DNA of 64,000 nucleotides from a virus: the IMG/VR virus record IMGVR_UViG_3300029328_000212, one strand, 5' to 3'. Every line of letters begins with the position of its first letter. Positions within the stretch are counted from its first letter, which is position 1. Positions 1-9,287 of this stretch are shown here, in pieces. The notes beneath the pieces were generated by a model. That model made no database searches. It was given only the letters and a program-made list of their open reading frames with translations, and was not told the DNA's origin. Position numbers and translations under genes: made by a program.

Positions 1-426
1 TGTGCTATCTGATACTGGATTACTCTGTAAGACATATGGCTGCACTCCTTTCTGACATGAGTATGATTTTTTATATTTCCGTTTATAGGTTTCCATATAA
101 GAATGCACGGTCATTCATCCACGCCTATGCAGGTGTTATAGACGTGGTGTTCTGACCGATATGATAGAATGCCTCCTAAATGTAGTATCTTATGCTGATT
201 GCCGTCTTTTTTCTTTATATAGAGTATGATAGAAATTATGTATGAAATTGCCTTTCTATATAAAAGCGCGAATCGCGTCTTATATGGAAGCTGATTTTCT
301 GCAATAATACTTTTACAAAAATATAGTATTTAAAAATCTGCTGATTTAGTCGTGAAAGATAACTGAAAGAGGAGAAGTAGAAATAGCAGTGAGTCAATGG
401 TTGAAACATGAGGAGGGAGAAATATA

Positions 427-816
427 ATGAAAATGATGTTGTATCCATTTGAAGACGTAGATATATGGTGCTTTGCAAAAGAAGACCGGCTGGCAAAGAT
501 TGAGGCTTATTTGAAGTGCCATGATCCAAATCTTCATTATACTGGTGTATTTAACAGACTGATATATGAAAAAATAAAGTTTTATCCTGCAGCAAAAACA
601 AAGCGTGGAGAGCTGTTTTTAAAGACGATTGTTAATGCGGCGTATGGAAAAAGTGAATATATGCTTCAAAAAGATGTCTATTATAATTTTTTGTTTCTAT
701 GCAGACCGGATGAGATGAATATGATTTACAGACTTTCGGATGAGAAGAAGAATAAGCTGTATGAATACCTTAAGAAATTATATAATCTGGATGATAATCT
801 GGATAAAATAGAGTGA
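427..816 (+). CDS. hypothetical protein (129 aa)
   Basis: ORF with GAGGAGGGAG RBS just upstream of ATG; no recognisable catalytic motifs; followed by stem-loop 927-956. Confidence 0.45.
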   Translation: MKMMLYPFEDVDIWCFAKEDRLAKIEAYLKCHDPNLHYTGVFNRLIYEKIKFYPAAKTKRGELFLKTIVNAAYGKSEYMLQKDVYYNFLFLCRPDEMNMIYRLSDEKKNKLYEYLKKLYNLDDNLDKIE

Positions 817-926
817 AAGAAGAGCAAGAGAGCAGTGAAGAGACATTGCGCACAATTAAAATGGACAACTTATACAACTTGTATAATATACATAAAATAT
901 ATAATATATACAACATGTACAATAGA

Positions 927-956
927 CAATGGAAAAGCGGCATCCTGACTGTGATG
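927..956. terminator. stem-loop between convergent genes (possible bidirectional terminator)
   Basis: GCGGCATC-ctgactgt-GATGCCGC perfect 8-bp inverted repeat between 427..816(+) and integrase(-). Confidence 0.45.
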
Positions 957-967
957 CCGCTGTATTT

Positions 968-2083
968 CTACTCATTTTTATCTTTGTCCAGAAGCGTTCT
1001 ATTTTCTTTCTTCTTCTTTTCATCATTCTTTACATATCTCATGGTAGTACTGATATTTGCATGCCCCAGTACGCTCTGAGTATATACTAAATCAAGGCTT
1101 TTATCATATACTTTTGTGGCGCATGAGCTTCTGAGAGAGTGTGCATGAAAGTTTGTCACTTCAGGAGCTGCAATCTTTGCATATTTTTTTACCATTATTT
1201 CAACGCTTCGTACAGACAATCTTGTGCCTTTCTTTACGCCTTTCGTTGACACGAACAGAGCATCTTCATCATCTGCAATACCAAGTGTTTCCTTCATATT
1301 TTTACGTACATCGAGCCAATCCAAAAGTACATTCTCAGTTGTATTGTCAAAGTAAACAATATCTTCATTTCCACGTTTTCTGATAATTTTGAAACAATGT
1401 TCATCAGTATTAATATCGTGCACATCAAGAGAAACAAGCTCTGATACACGTATTCCGGTGTGCAGTGCGAGAGTGTAGATGGCAAGATCTCTTGCTGACG
1501 TAATTATCCTTGAAGCTTCCTGCCTTGCACTGATTTGTTCTGAACCGCCAAGAATTGTGTCATATATTGACTCAGCCTGTCTGTCTGTAAGAGCAATGGG
1601 GATGGTTTTGTCAACCTTTTTCTGTCTGATTTTAAGCACAGGAGCCTTGTCTACAATGTCATTCTCAAGAAAATAATTGTATAACGAACGGAGAGCGCTT
1701 AAGTAATTGTTTCTAGTAGATGACTTTGATGGCACAATATATTTACCGGTCTGCATTCTGGCATCAAGTTCTTCCTTTAAAACTGCGCCATATTTCTGTA
1801 TATGATTTAGAAATTCCTCAAAATCAGCCTTTTTAAGCTTGTCTAAATCCTGAATTGTAAACTGCTCAATTGAATCATATTTCTTGTTAAAATAAACATT
1901 GTAATCGAGCAACCACGTTAAGAAAAACTGTATACGCTGTAAGTAAGCTAACTGTGTCAAAGGCTTTGTATAACCAGCTATTGACCTGATATAACCTGCA
2001 CAGAAATCAGGCAGCATCAATTTTAAATTGTATATCTTTGCTTCAGTTTCAGCATTTTTCTGGTCTTTATATTCGCGGGCCAT
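968..2083 (-). CDS. tyrosine site-specific recombinase / phage-type integrase
   Basis: C-terminal catalytic region HAHSLRSSCATK...LGHANISTTMRYV (H-x-x-R ... H ... Y) typical of tyrosine recombinases; N-terminal SAM-like core-binding region; ORF track starts at 2251 but ATG at 2083 (MAREYKDQ) has a GGAGG RBS. Confidence 0.85.
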   Translation of the reverse strand: MAREYKDQKNAETEAKIYNLKLMLPDFCAGYIRSIAGYTKPLTQLAYLQRIQFFLTWLLDYNVYFNKKYDSIEQFTIQDLDKLKKADFEEFLNHIQKYGAVLKEELDARMQTGKYIVPSKSSTRNNYLSALRSLYNYFLENDIVDKAPVLKIRQKKVDKTIPIALTDRQAESIYDTILGGSEQISARQEASRIITSARDLAIYTLALHTGIRVSELVSLDVHDINTDEHCFKIIRKRGNEDIVYFDNTTENVLLDWLDVRKNMKETLGIADDEDALFVSTKGVKKGTRLSVRSVEIMVKKYAKIAAPEVTNFHAHSLRSSCATKVYDKSLDLVYTQSVLGHANISTTMRYVKNDEKKKKENRTLLDKDKNE

Positions 2084-2859
2084 ATAATTTCCTCCGTAAA
2101 TGTAATCTGTTTTTATAAAATAATTATAACAAGAAATACCATTTTTTACAATACAACATGTAGCGTGTAATGATTTACAATATACCATATATAGGACTAA
2201 ATTAAGCCAAGAACCCCATATGTAGTATTTAAAGTATCTCGTTATTCGCATAATTGAAATTATGCGAATAGATAAATTTGTCTATTTACTACTGCTGGTT
2301 TTCTTTTCTACCTCTCTCGTCGTAAATAAAAAAAATTTTTCAGAAAAAAAGTGAAAAATGAATTCTCTTATCTGCTCCTCGTTAAAACTTTTCTTCATCT
2401 GTTTTCTCCAAATTCTTCTTTTTATGCAAATAATTATAAGTTTTGTGTGTGCAGCCGGTCAAGTATCATCATAGACAGAAGCCGATTTTGTATTATAAAA
2501 AAAAGACGGTTGAAAAATCAGCCGTCTTATATTATAATCGAGATAAAGAAAGAGTTGATCGGATATAAAACTTCCGATTGCCTCAGTTAGTTATCTTATC
2601 AATAAGCACTTTACCTTGGCGGGGGGTGCTTATTTTCTTTTATTATTATGTCCGTCTATGTATGCCAGTGCAGTAAAGATTACAAGCAACAGAGTTAATA
2701 CTTCCATTGTGTTCATAATTACCACTCCTCCTTTCCATCCAGACATAAACTGCATGTCCTTCTGTACTAGGGGCAACCGAAAAATCACACCCGACTCTTT
2801 CCCTATTCGATTATGAAGGTATTATAACAGATTGTGATGTTCTTCTCAATTACAAGCTG

Positions 2860-3441
2860 TTAAATTCTGCAATCTCCTGCAATCTCTTTCAAACTTCTTG
2901 GTTCATAGTCAATCCATGGCTTCATACAGCCCACATTGTATGCCTGAATTGACTTATCACCTACATGGCGACAGTCATTTTCTTCCATTCCTGCCAGACA
3001 CTTTTGAAAATATACGTCCTCTGCACTGTTGTGAGTATGACCGTATAACAGGATTGTGCCTCTGTTCATGCCTTTCCATGAAAATATAGGATAATGACAC
3101 AGTACAAGGTCATAATTCTTACCACCGTATGAATCATGTATCTCTCTGTAATCGCATACATCATAAAAGAGCTGCTTATATCTGTAATCTGACACATCAT
3201 CATGGTTGCCTTTAACAAGAATTTTTTTACCTTTTAATGTAGCAACAAGCGATATGAGGTCTTCTTTCCTTCCGCGCATACTCATGTCACCGAGGATGTA
3301 TACTGTATCTCCATTGTTTATTTTATTGTTCCATCGGCTGACAACTGCCTCATGCATCTCATCCAAAGAGCCAAATGGCCTGTTATCAAAGCGAATTGAT
3401 GCTTCGTGAAACAGATGCAGGTCACTTATATAATAGTTCAT
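2860..3441 (-). CDS. calcineurin-like metallophosphoesterase
   Basis: Motifs DLHLFH, GDMSMRG, GNHDD, GHTHN match metallophosphatase signature blocks. Confidence 0.8.
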   Translation of the reverse strand: MNYYISDLHLFHEASIRFDNRPFGSLDEMHEAVVSRWNNKINNGDTVYILGDMSMRGRKEDLISLVATLKGKKILVKGNHDDVSDYRYKQLFYDVCDYREIHDSYGGKNYDLVLCHYPIFSWKGMNRGTILLYGHTHNSAEDVYFQKCLAGMEENDCRHVGDKSIQAYNVGCMKPWIDYEPRSLKEIAGDCRI

Positions 3442-3453
3442 ATCAGTTTCTCC

Positions 3454-4215
3454 TTATTCAAGTTTAATTATATCATTATACAATACCGTGTGCTTTTCAT
3501 CTGTCTGCAAATAGTAGTGATAATGTCCGAAATACCAGTGTTTATAATGCAACTTCCCTTCCAAAGCCTGAAAATAATCTGTCAGCACATCTGCCTTGCT
3601 TGGTTTGTTGAGATAATGCACGATGGCCGTCTGCAAGTCAGTGGCACAGCAGTGGGTTATTACATAATCAACAGTAAAGTCTGCTTTTGCAAGATTATCA
3701 AGCCCTGTCTGCATCTCCTGTTCCGTCGGAAGCTCCTGTGTCCACCATGATTCGCCGATTATGCGATACGGAATCCAGTCTCTGCGGCGTTCCTTAAGCT
3801 TTATTTCGAATTTCGGATCATTTCGGTCAAGAGCACCGCCGGGAATATCATGTGAAGCTGCACCACCAAAAGTAAAGAATGTATGTCCATCAATTTTAAA
3901 TATCTGTCCACGCTCAAGCAGAATGACTTTATCTCTTACGATATGGCGCACCAGACCACCATGCCATTCTTCCAGTGGATATTCTGCAATCATGTCATAG
4001 TTTTCATGGTTTCCCTGAACCCAGAGTGTTGTGAATGACCTCTCGGCAAACCATTTACAGTTCCAGTCAAAGGTTTTATCGTGTGCCCAGCAAAGTCCAA
4101 AGTCACCGGTAACAATTATATAATCATCCTCTGTAAGCTTTAAATCGTGTTTTTTCAAGGATTTGTTTGACAACTTTGAAAAATCATTGTGTGTATCGCC
4201 TGTTAGATAAATCAT
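3454..4215 (-). CDS. calcineurin-like metallophosphoesterase (second copy)
   Basis: Motifs LTGDTHNDF, GDFGLCW, GNHENYDM; likely start MIYLTGD at 4215 with GAAGGTGG RBS rather than 4314. Confidence 0.75.
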   Translation of the reverse strand: MIYLTGDTHNDFSKLSNKSLKKHDLKLTEDDYIIVTGDFGLCWAHDKTFDWNCKWFAERSFTTLWVQGNHENYDMIAEYPLEEWHGGLVRHIVRDKVILLERGQIFKIDGHTFFTFGGAASHDIPGGALDRNDPKFEIKLKERRRDWIPYRIIGESWWTQELPTEQEMQTGLDNLAKADFTVDYVITHCCATDLQTAIVHYLNKPSKADVLTDYFQALEGKLHYKHWYFGHYHYYLQTDEKHTVLYNDIIKLE

Positions 4216-4355
4216 GATCCACCTTCTTCCTGAAATTTTCATCCCCATTCTAAAATATATTACAACTGCTAAATACCTTACTTGGATTATAAACTGACTG
4301 TACATTGCTTTCAAGGCATAAAAATGATACCATTTTGGGCATAAAACGTGAAAAA

Positions 4356-4505
4356 TGAATACGTTTTTGATGTGATTTGTATTAAATGAGTATGATTTTG
4401 ACGTGATTTTTTAATATGAGTACAATTTTTTCCAAAATAAATTGCATGAGTATAATTTCTTCGCATTTTATAGACATGAGTATGATTTTGGCAAAAATCG
4501 AACCA
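4356..4505 (-). promoter_or_regulatory. five tandem ~30-bp repeats each carrying the AGTATGnTTTT promoter half-motif
   Basis: atgaatacgtttttgatgtgatttgtatta / atgagtatgattttgacgtgattttttaat / atgagtacaattttttccaaaataaattgc / atgagtataatttcttcgcattttatagac / atgagtatgattttggcaaaaatcgaacc with 30-bp period, upstream of the phosphoesterase gene pair. Confidence 0.6.
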
Positions 4506-4596
4506 AATGAAGCTGTTTTATGCTAATGTGTATTTATGGAACAGATTGCTTTTTTCACAAATACCCTTTAAAATGTATATTAAATACAGGAGGTGT

Positions 4597-4803
4597 ATGA
4601 CTATGATTGGACAGACGACATTATCTAAACCACATGTATACAAAATTAGCGAAATACCTAATTTCGACATTGATTATCGCGGGTTGACAAAATTAGCTCG
4701 TCAAAAAGGCTGTTCAGTTGCCGCTTTATCAGATAGCGAAAAAAATCAATTTATACACGGAAGCACTATGGCAGAAGTCAGAGAAAAAAGCATAAAGCTA
4801 TGA
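4597..4803 (+). CDS. small hypothetical protein (68 aa)
   Basis: ATG at 4597 preceded by AGGAGGTG RBS; one of few plus-strand ORFs; no motifs. Confidence 0.35.
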   Translation: MTMIGQTTLSKPHVYKISEIPNFDIDYRGLTKLARQKGCSVAALSDSEKNQFIHGSTMAEVREKSIKL

Positions 4804-4879
4804 ATTTCAAAAAGGGCGTGTGAATTACGAAAGTTTTTCATGCGTCTTTTTATACTGATTTTCATTTTATGGACAAAAT

Positions 4880-5215
4880 AAGGGCATAGTTATTAACTAT
4901 ACCCTTAATCTGTGTTTTCTTTATTCTTTTGTCAGTGTCAGTCCAATATTAAAGCTTCCCTGCCAGCACCCGGCTGATAATCCGTTAGTGGTGGTTATAT
5001 TATATACACAAACTTTATTTGTTGGTGTAATAATATTGTTACCGCTTTTCACTGTTATTGCAGCTGTTACATCAGCTTTACCTGCCTGCTTATATGGAAA
5101 GCTGTCTGGAACTGTTACTTTTATGCTGCCAGCCTTAAAGTCATCGCATTTAACACGGAATGAACTGTTACCTTTTGAATCCCCTGTCAGCACCTGTGGC
5201 ACTTATTTTTCTTCC
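4880..5215 (-). repeat. 3' cassette copy A (C-terminal domain module plus terminator hairpin)
   Basis: ~85% nucleotide identity to 15070-15412; shares the terminal hairpin GGGCATAGTTA..TAACTATACCC and ends GCWQGSFNIGLTLTKE. Confidence 0.8.
4921..5202 (-). pseudogene. orphan C-terminal domain module (93 aa) with no start of its own, in frame with upstream 750-aa gene across two stops
   Basis: Translation matches the last 93 aa of the 15111..16604 product; same reading frame as 5284..7536 but separated by TAG (5284-5286) and TAA (~5206). Confidence 0.5.
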
Positions 5216-5283
5216 ATAAACGAAAAAAGCACGGCTTGCGCCATGCTTAATCTCGTCAGATATCTGATTTTTGTGTTTCCGTC

Positions 5284-7536
5284 CTAGTCATATTTTACAT
5301 TGTAGTCTGTAACTTTTCCATCTCGGATGTACCATACTGAGCTATTATTAAGATGTGTCATCGGTATTCTTTCTGAAACTCCCGGGCCGTAAGCATGAAC
5401 ACTTCCTTTTGGCGCCGTAGTATCATAATATACAACGGTCATTGCAGAACTTACATTGCCCCACATATCAGTGGCAATAGCTTCATACTTGTGAATGCCC
5501 TCTGTCGTACATGTGATGGTTGTAACAACTTCGTCTGTGCATCCGTCACTAAACCATCGATCCCAGCCAATTTCTTTGCCATCCATCTTGATAACACAGC
5601 CAGATTTTTTAAGTCCGCTTCCTGTGTCATGCATTCGTATGGTGATGTTTATAGCCTGATTTGTCCATCCGTTTGTAGTTGGCACAACAGTCACTGTTGG
5701 CGGAATATTGTCCACCCAGTAGGCATATACAGTCAGGTTGTCTTCAAAGTCACAGGTCTTTGTGGCACCCATAGACTCGTTGTAAAGCATTGTTCCCCTG
5801 CCATCAGGCTCTGTATAGTACCCCTTAAATGACCAGCCTTCTTTTGACGGTGCTGACAAAGAATTTTTGTTGTTGTCAACAAGTGGCAGGTCGTTGCCGA
5901 ATGTAGCTGTTGTTGAATCTGAACCACCTGAACCGCCCTGCTTGTTAAAACTGATGACCGGTGTGCGCGGTGTATAATTCGCATATACAGTATGTGGATT
6001 TTTTGCATTAAACATTGTTGTATTTTTTGTGATAGCAACCGTGTGGTTTGCATTAGGTGTCTGCATTAACGGGTTTATGCCATCTGCAAACTTGTTTCCT
6101 TTACCATTGGTTGATGTGAAATATCCGGTAAAATCATAACCAAATTTTTTTGGCGAAGTTACAGTACTTATTGATGCCGGATTATTTACAACTTTTTCAC
6201 TCTGAGCTGTGTATCTGATACCATATTTCTCATATACCTTATCTGTGCCGCCACTTCCTCCAACAGGATTCAGTGTTATTTCATATTCCTTCGGCTCTTT
6301 CTGTGCATAAAGCTTAACCACTCCGCCAGGTACGGTTGTCAGGTTTTTAACTGTCTGCTTTGAGCTGTATGTTGTTCCATTTCCGTCTTCCCGTGTATTC
6401 CAGTTCTTGAATACATAATTGTCCCACGAAACAGATGTGCCATCATACGTACTGAAGTCCTTGTCATAAGTACATGTCTGGCGCATGATAACGCTGCCAT
6501 CCTTGTAGTAGTCAACATAATATGTGTTTGGTGTTACCTTTGCTACAAGGGTTGTGTTGCCGCCTATCGCATAGGATGTAATCTGTCCACCAAAGCCTAC
6601 GGCATAGTTTGTTCCGGATTTTTTCCATACTGTTTCAAGAGTGTAGCCAGGCTTTGTAATCGCAACATTTAATGCGCTTATTGGGGCGAATGATGTCACA
6701 TTCTGCGAATACGCAGATCCGCTCGAATTGACTACGCCTCCGCCTGAATTTGTTTTCAGACCACTTGACAGAGAGGTGTCCTTAACAGCATTACCGTTTC
6801 CATCCACAATCTTATATCGAACATTGTATTTCATTGCGTTTATATCACAATTTCTTCCAGAATGAAAATCACTAAACGCATCATACGAAGCTGAACTCCA
6901 TGAAGCACAATTCTTCAGTGCATTGTAGCCGTTATCTTCATCCATGAAACATACAAAGCCACTTGTATTTACAGTTCCGTTTGAGTTTTCTCCTGTAAGC
7001 GATCCGCTTGGGCTGCTGTTTGCCGGTACTTTTGTCATTATCGGGTGTGCCGTAATATGATATGATGAGCCGCCGTATATCGCTGCTGCTACACCGCTGT
7101 TCTGGGCGCACATTCTGTTATAGACCGTCTTTAAGTCTATGGTATACAGAATATAATAGTAGCCATTACTCTCACACTCTCCCAATGCCCCCGCCGGCTT
7201 TCTGATTGTACTGTCGAGTATCAAGTCGCATTTCTGCGAATATCCACTTCCTGACATAACAAGCCTCCATCCAAGAGTCCTGTATTTCAGGTGAGATGAG
7301 CTTGATGCCTTGTTGCTCTTTGTCACCCAGAAAAGTTCTGAATTGTCGGGGGTGGTGTATATCCATGATGTGTCTGCTACTGAATCATAAAGTTGTTTAG
7401 CATTCTGATATACATGATAATTTATAACACCTCCAGATGCATGTACAGGAATAGCGGGTAATGCTGTCAACGTGATAATTCCCGTTGCAATAACCGCAGC
7501 TGCACGTTTTGCAATCTTTTTTAACCTACTTAACAT
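5284..7536 (-). CDS. secreted cell-surface protein with Listeria-Bacteroides (flg_new) repeat and Ig-like regions
   Basis: Signal peptide MLSRLKKIAKRAAAVIATGIITLTALPAIPVHASG; flg_new-type repeat GYYTEPDG...LTVYAYW; strong RBS AAGGAGGA. Confidence 0.75.
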   Translation of the reverse strand: MLSRLKKIAKRAAAVIATGIITLTALPAIPVHASGGVINYHVYQNAKQLYDSVADTSWIYTTPDNSELFWVTKSNKASSSSHLKYRTLGWRLVMSGSGYSQKCDLILDSTIRKPAGALGECESNGYYYILYTIDLKTVYNRMCAQNSGVAAAIYGGSSYHITAHPIMTKVPANSSPSGSLTGENSNGTVNTSGFVCFMDEDNGYNALKNCASWSSASYDAFSDFHSGRNCDINAMKYNVRYKIVDGNGNAVKDTSLSSGLKTNSGGGVVNSSGSAYSQNVTSFAPISALNVAITKPGYTLETVWKKSGTNYAVGFGGQITSYAIGGNTTLVAKVTPNTYYVDYYKDGSVIMRQTCTYDKDFSTYDGTSVSWDNYVFKNWNTREDGNGTTYSSKQTVKNLTTVPGGVVKLYAQKEPKEYEITLNPVGGSGGTDKVYEKYGIRYTAQSEKVVNNPASISTVTSPKKFGYDFTGYFTSTNGKGNKFADGINPLMQTPNANHTVAITKNTTMFNAKNPHTVYANYTPRTPVISFNKQGGSGGSDSTTATFGNDLPLVDNNKNSLSAPSKEGWSFKGYYTEPDGRGTMLYNESMGATKTCDFEDNLTVYAYWVDNIPPTVTVVPTTNGWTNQAINITIRMHDTGSGLKKSGCVIKMDGKEIGWDRWFSDGCTDEVVTTITCTTEGIHKYEAIATDMWGNVSSAMTVVYYDTTAPKGSVHAYGPGVSERIPMTHLNNSSVWYIRDGKVTDYNVKYD

Positions 7537-7599
7537 AAAAATCCTCCTTTCTTAGATATTTATAAATTTTACTTACAGTATAAGTATGATTTTTTCTTT

Positions 7600-7634
7600 T
7601 AAAAAAATAAGACATCCCAAAAAGAGATGTCTTA
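7600..7634 (-). terminator. rho-independent terminator of lipoprotein gene
   Basis: AAGACATC-ctcttttt-GATGTCTT hairpin followed by T-run on minus strand. Confidence 0.6.
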
Positions 7635-7656
7635 TCCTCTATAACATTTATTGCTT

Positions 7657-9174
7657 TTACCAGCTTATATCTTTAGCGTCTTCCCATTCCCATGTAGATT
7701 CGTTAAAGGTTGAACCACTCACAACCTTAGCAACATTTGGTCGCATTTCATATATTGCATTAGCACTATCGTTATCAATTCTTGCTATAAGTCCACCAGC
7801 GGAATAGACTCCGTTACTAGAACCGCCTGATTGAAAACTTCCTGAGTAACTGTTACCAAGTTTACTCTTGACAAAAGCATCTGCATAAGATTGTGCTTCG
7901 TTCCAGTTATGTGCATATACTTTGTAACATCCACCGCCTTTGTCTGTCCATGTAATCACTCCATACTGCACATTATTATTAGCAGGCTCGCTCACGGTAT
8001 TATCTCCGTTTTCCGGATTGCTTGCAGGTGCAGAGCTTCCGCTTCCTGAACTGCCACCTGATGAGCTGCTGTTATGCTTCTTTCCTGATGAGGTGTTGTT
8101 CTTCTTTGAACCGCTGTTGTTCTTTCTGCTTCCCTTGTCAGCAGAGCTGCTGTTCTCAGTCACTTCCTGTTTCTTCACGCTTCCGTTCACGCTGATTGAA
8201 GTCTGGTTTCCTGCGGAATCCCCTGCATCAATCTTGAAGCTGTAGCCATTGCTCTTATCGAGCGTCTTGGTATAGTCGCCGTCTGCCAGCTTTCCACGGG
8301 TGTTGTCTGTTACATCAAAAACTACCTCTGATGCGTCATTTATATCTTTCTCAAGCTCTATTGTGCTTCCGTCAGCAAGCTGCTGTCCGTTGTATGATAT
8401 AACAGGCGCTGTCTTGTCGCAGATTACAAGAAACGACACATCTGCTGTATTGCCGCCTGCATCTGTGGCTGTTACTGTTGTAAGATAGAAGCCCTCGCCC
8501 ATGTTTTTGAGGTCATCTGCTGTCTGGGCTGCGCTTTCAGTACCGTCAGCCTTCTCAGTGCCGTCGGTTTTCTCTGTTGCATCCTTTTTATCAGCCTTCT
8601 TGTCCTCTTTTTTGTCACTCTTTTTTGAAGCTTCAGACTGCTTTGCGGCTTCTGCGTCATTTACAGTCTTCACCTGCTCAAGATAGCCTGCAATTGACTG
8701 GTCGTTTACCTCGGCAAGGTCTCCGAGTTTCTCAGCCTTTGTGGAATACTTAAGGTCTGTGATGTCTGTTGCATTGACATACTGTGACATGTCTGTGCTC
8801 ATGTCGTTGACATATGTATATCCACTGTTTGCGACATCTCCCTTTGCCTTGATTTCTGGTGCAACGGTATCCTGCACAGCTACCTTCACCTTGTAATCCT
8901 TTGCATCATTACCTGTGCCGAATGTAACCTTTACGGTGTACTCTCCTACCTTGTCAGTGTTTACCGCTGTCGCATCGAGCTTGTACTCATCATCGCCGAT
9001 AGCGTCTCCGTTTGAGTGCTTGAAGTAGTCTGATACCTTGAAATTGAAGGTGTAACCTGCCTCAACTTTCATTTTGTCCTTTGTCTGCTCTATACTGTCA
9101 GACTTGCCGCAGCCTGTGAATAATGACGCTGTCATTGTTCCACACAGGAGGGCCATTAAAATTTTCTTTTTCAT
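7657..9174 (-). CDS. lipoprotein with low-complexity Ser/Gly/Asn-rich C-terminal region
   Basis: Lipobox LFTGCGKS after signal peptide MKKKILMALLCGTMTAS; K/D/E-rich and S/G-rich low-complexity tracts. Confidence 0.7.
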   Translation of the reverse strand: MKKKILMALLCGTMTASLFTGCGKSDSIEQTKDKMKVEAGYTFNFKVSDYFKHSNGDAIGDDEYKLDATAVNTDKVGEYTVKVTFGTGNDAKDYKVKVAVQDTVAPEIKAKGDVANSGYTYVNDMSTDMSQYVNATDITDLKYSTKAEKLGDLAEVNDQSIAGYLEQVKTVNDAEAAKQSEASKKSDKKEDKKADKKDATEKTDGTEKADGTESAAQTADDLKNMGEGFYLTTVTATDAGGNTADVSFLVICDKTAPVISYNGQQLADGSTIELEKDINDASEVVFDVTDNTRGKLADGDYTKTLDKSNGYSFKIDAGDSAGNQTSISVNGSVKKQEVTENSSSADKGSRKNNSGSKKNNTSSGKKHNSSSSGGSSGSGSSAPASNPENGDNTVSEPANNNVQYGVITWTDKGGGCYKVYAHNWNEAQSYADAFVKSKLGNSYSGSFQSGGSSNGVYSAGGLIARIDNDSANAIYEMRPNVAKVVSGSTFNESTWEWEDAKDISW

Positions 9175-9246
9175 TGATATTTCTCCTTCTCTTCAATCTG
9201 ATCTGTGTTTCATGGAACTAAAATCTGTTCCTTTTTTACATATATA

Positions 9247-9287
9247 GTATGTTAGATTTCATTTTAGCAAATGGCCTTCTATATAAG
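9247..9287 (-). promoter_or_regulatory. bipartite promoter-like element (AGTATG..TTTT half plus GGCCTTCTATATAAG half)
   Basis: agtatgttagatttcatttt ... ggccttctatataag, 33-34 bp register, ~75 bp upstream of start at 9174. Confidence 0.6.

Noticed and set aside
813-1079. 88-aa ORF MKEEQESSEE...YNLYNIHKIYN
   Set aside because: It is translated from the AT-rich repeat tract and the integrase 3' antisense, is low complexity, and overlaps the integrase gene.
9247-9287. Interpreting the recurrent motif as sporulation sigma-E/K-type promoters (CATACA-T / CATA---TA)
   Set aside because: The CATACT half resembles those -10 boxes, but the partner TTATATAGAAGG element and its ~20-nt spacing do not match the sigma-E/K -35 elements. 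The motif also drives tRNA and HU genes, which is not expected for mother-cell-specific promoters. The matter is left open.
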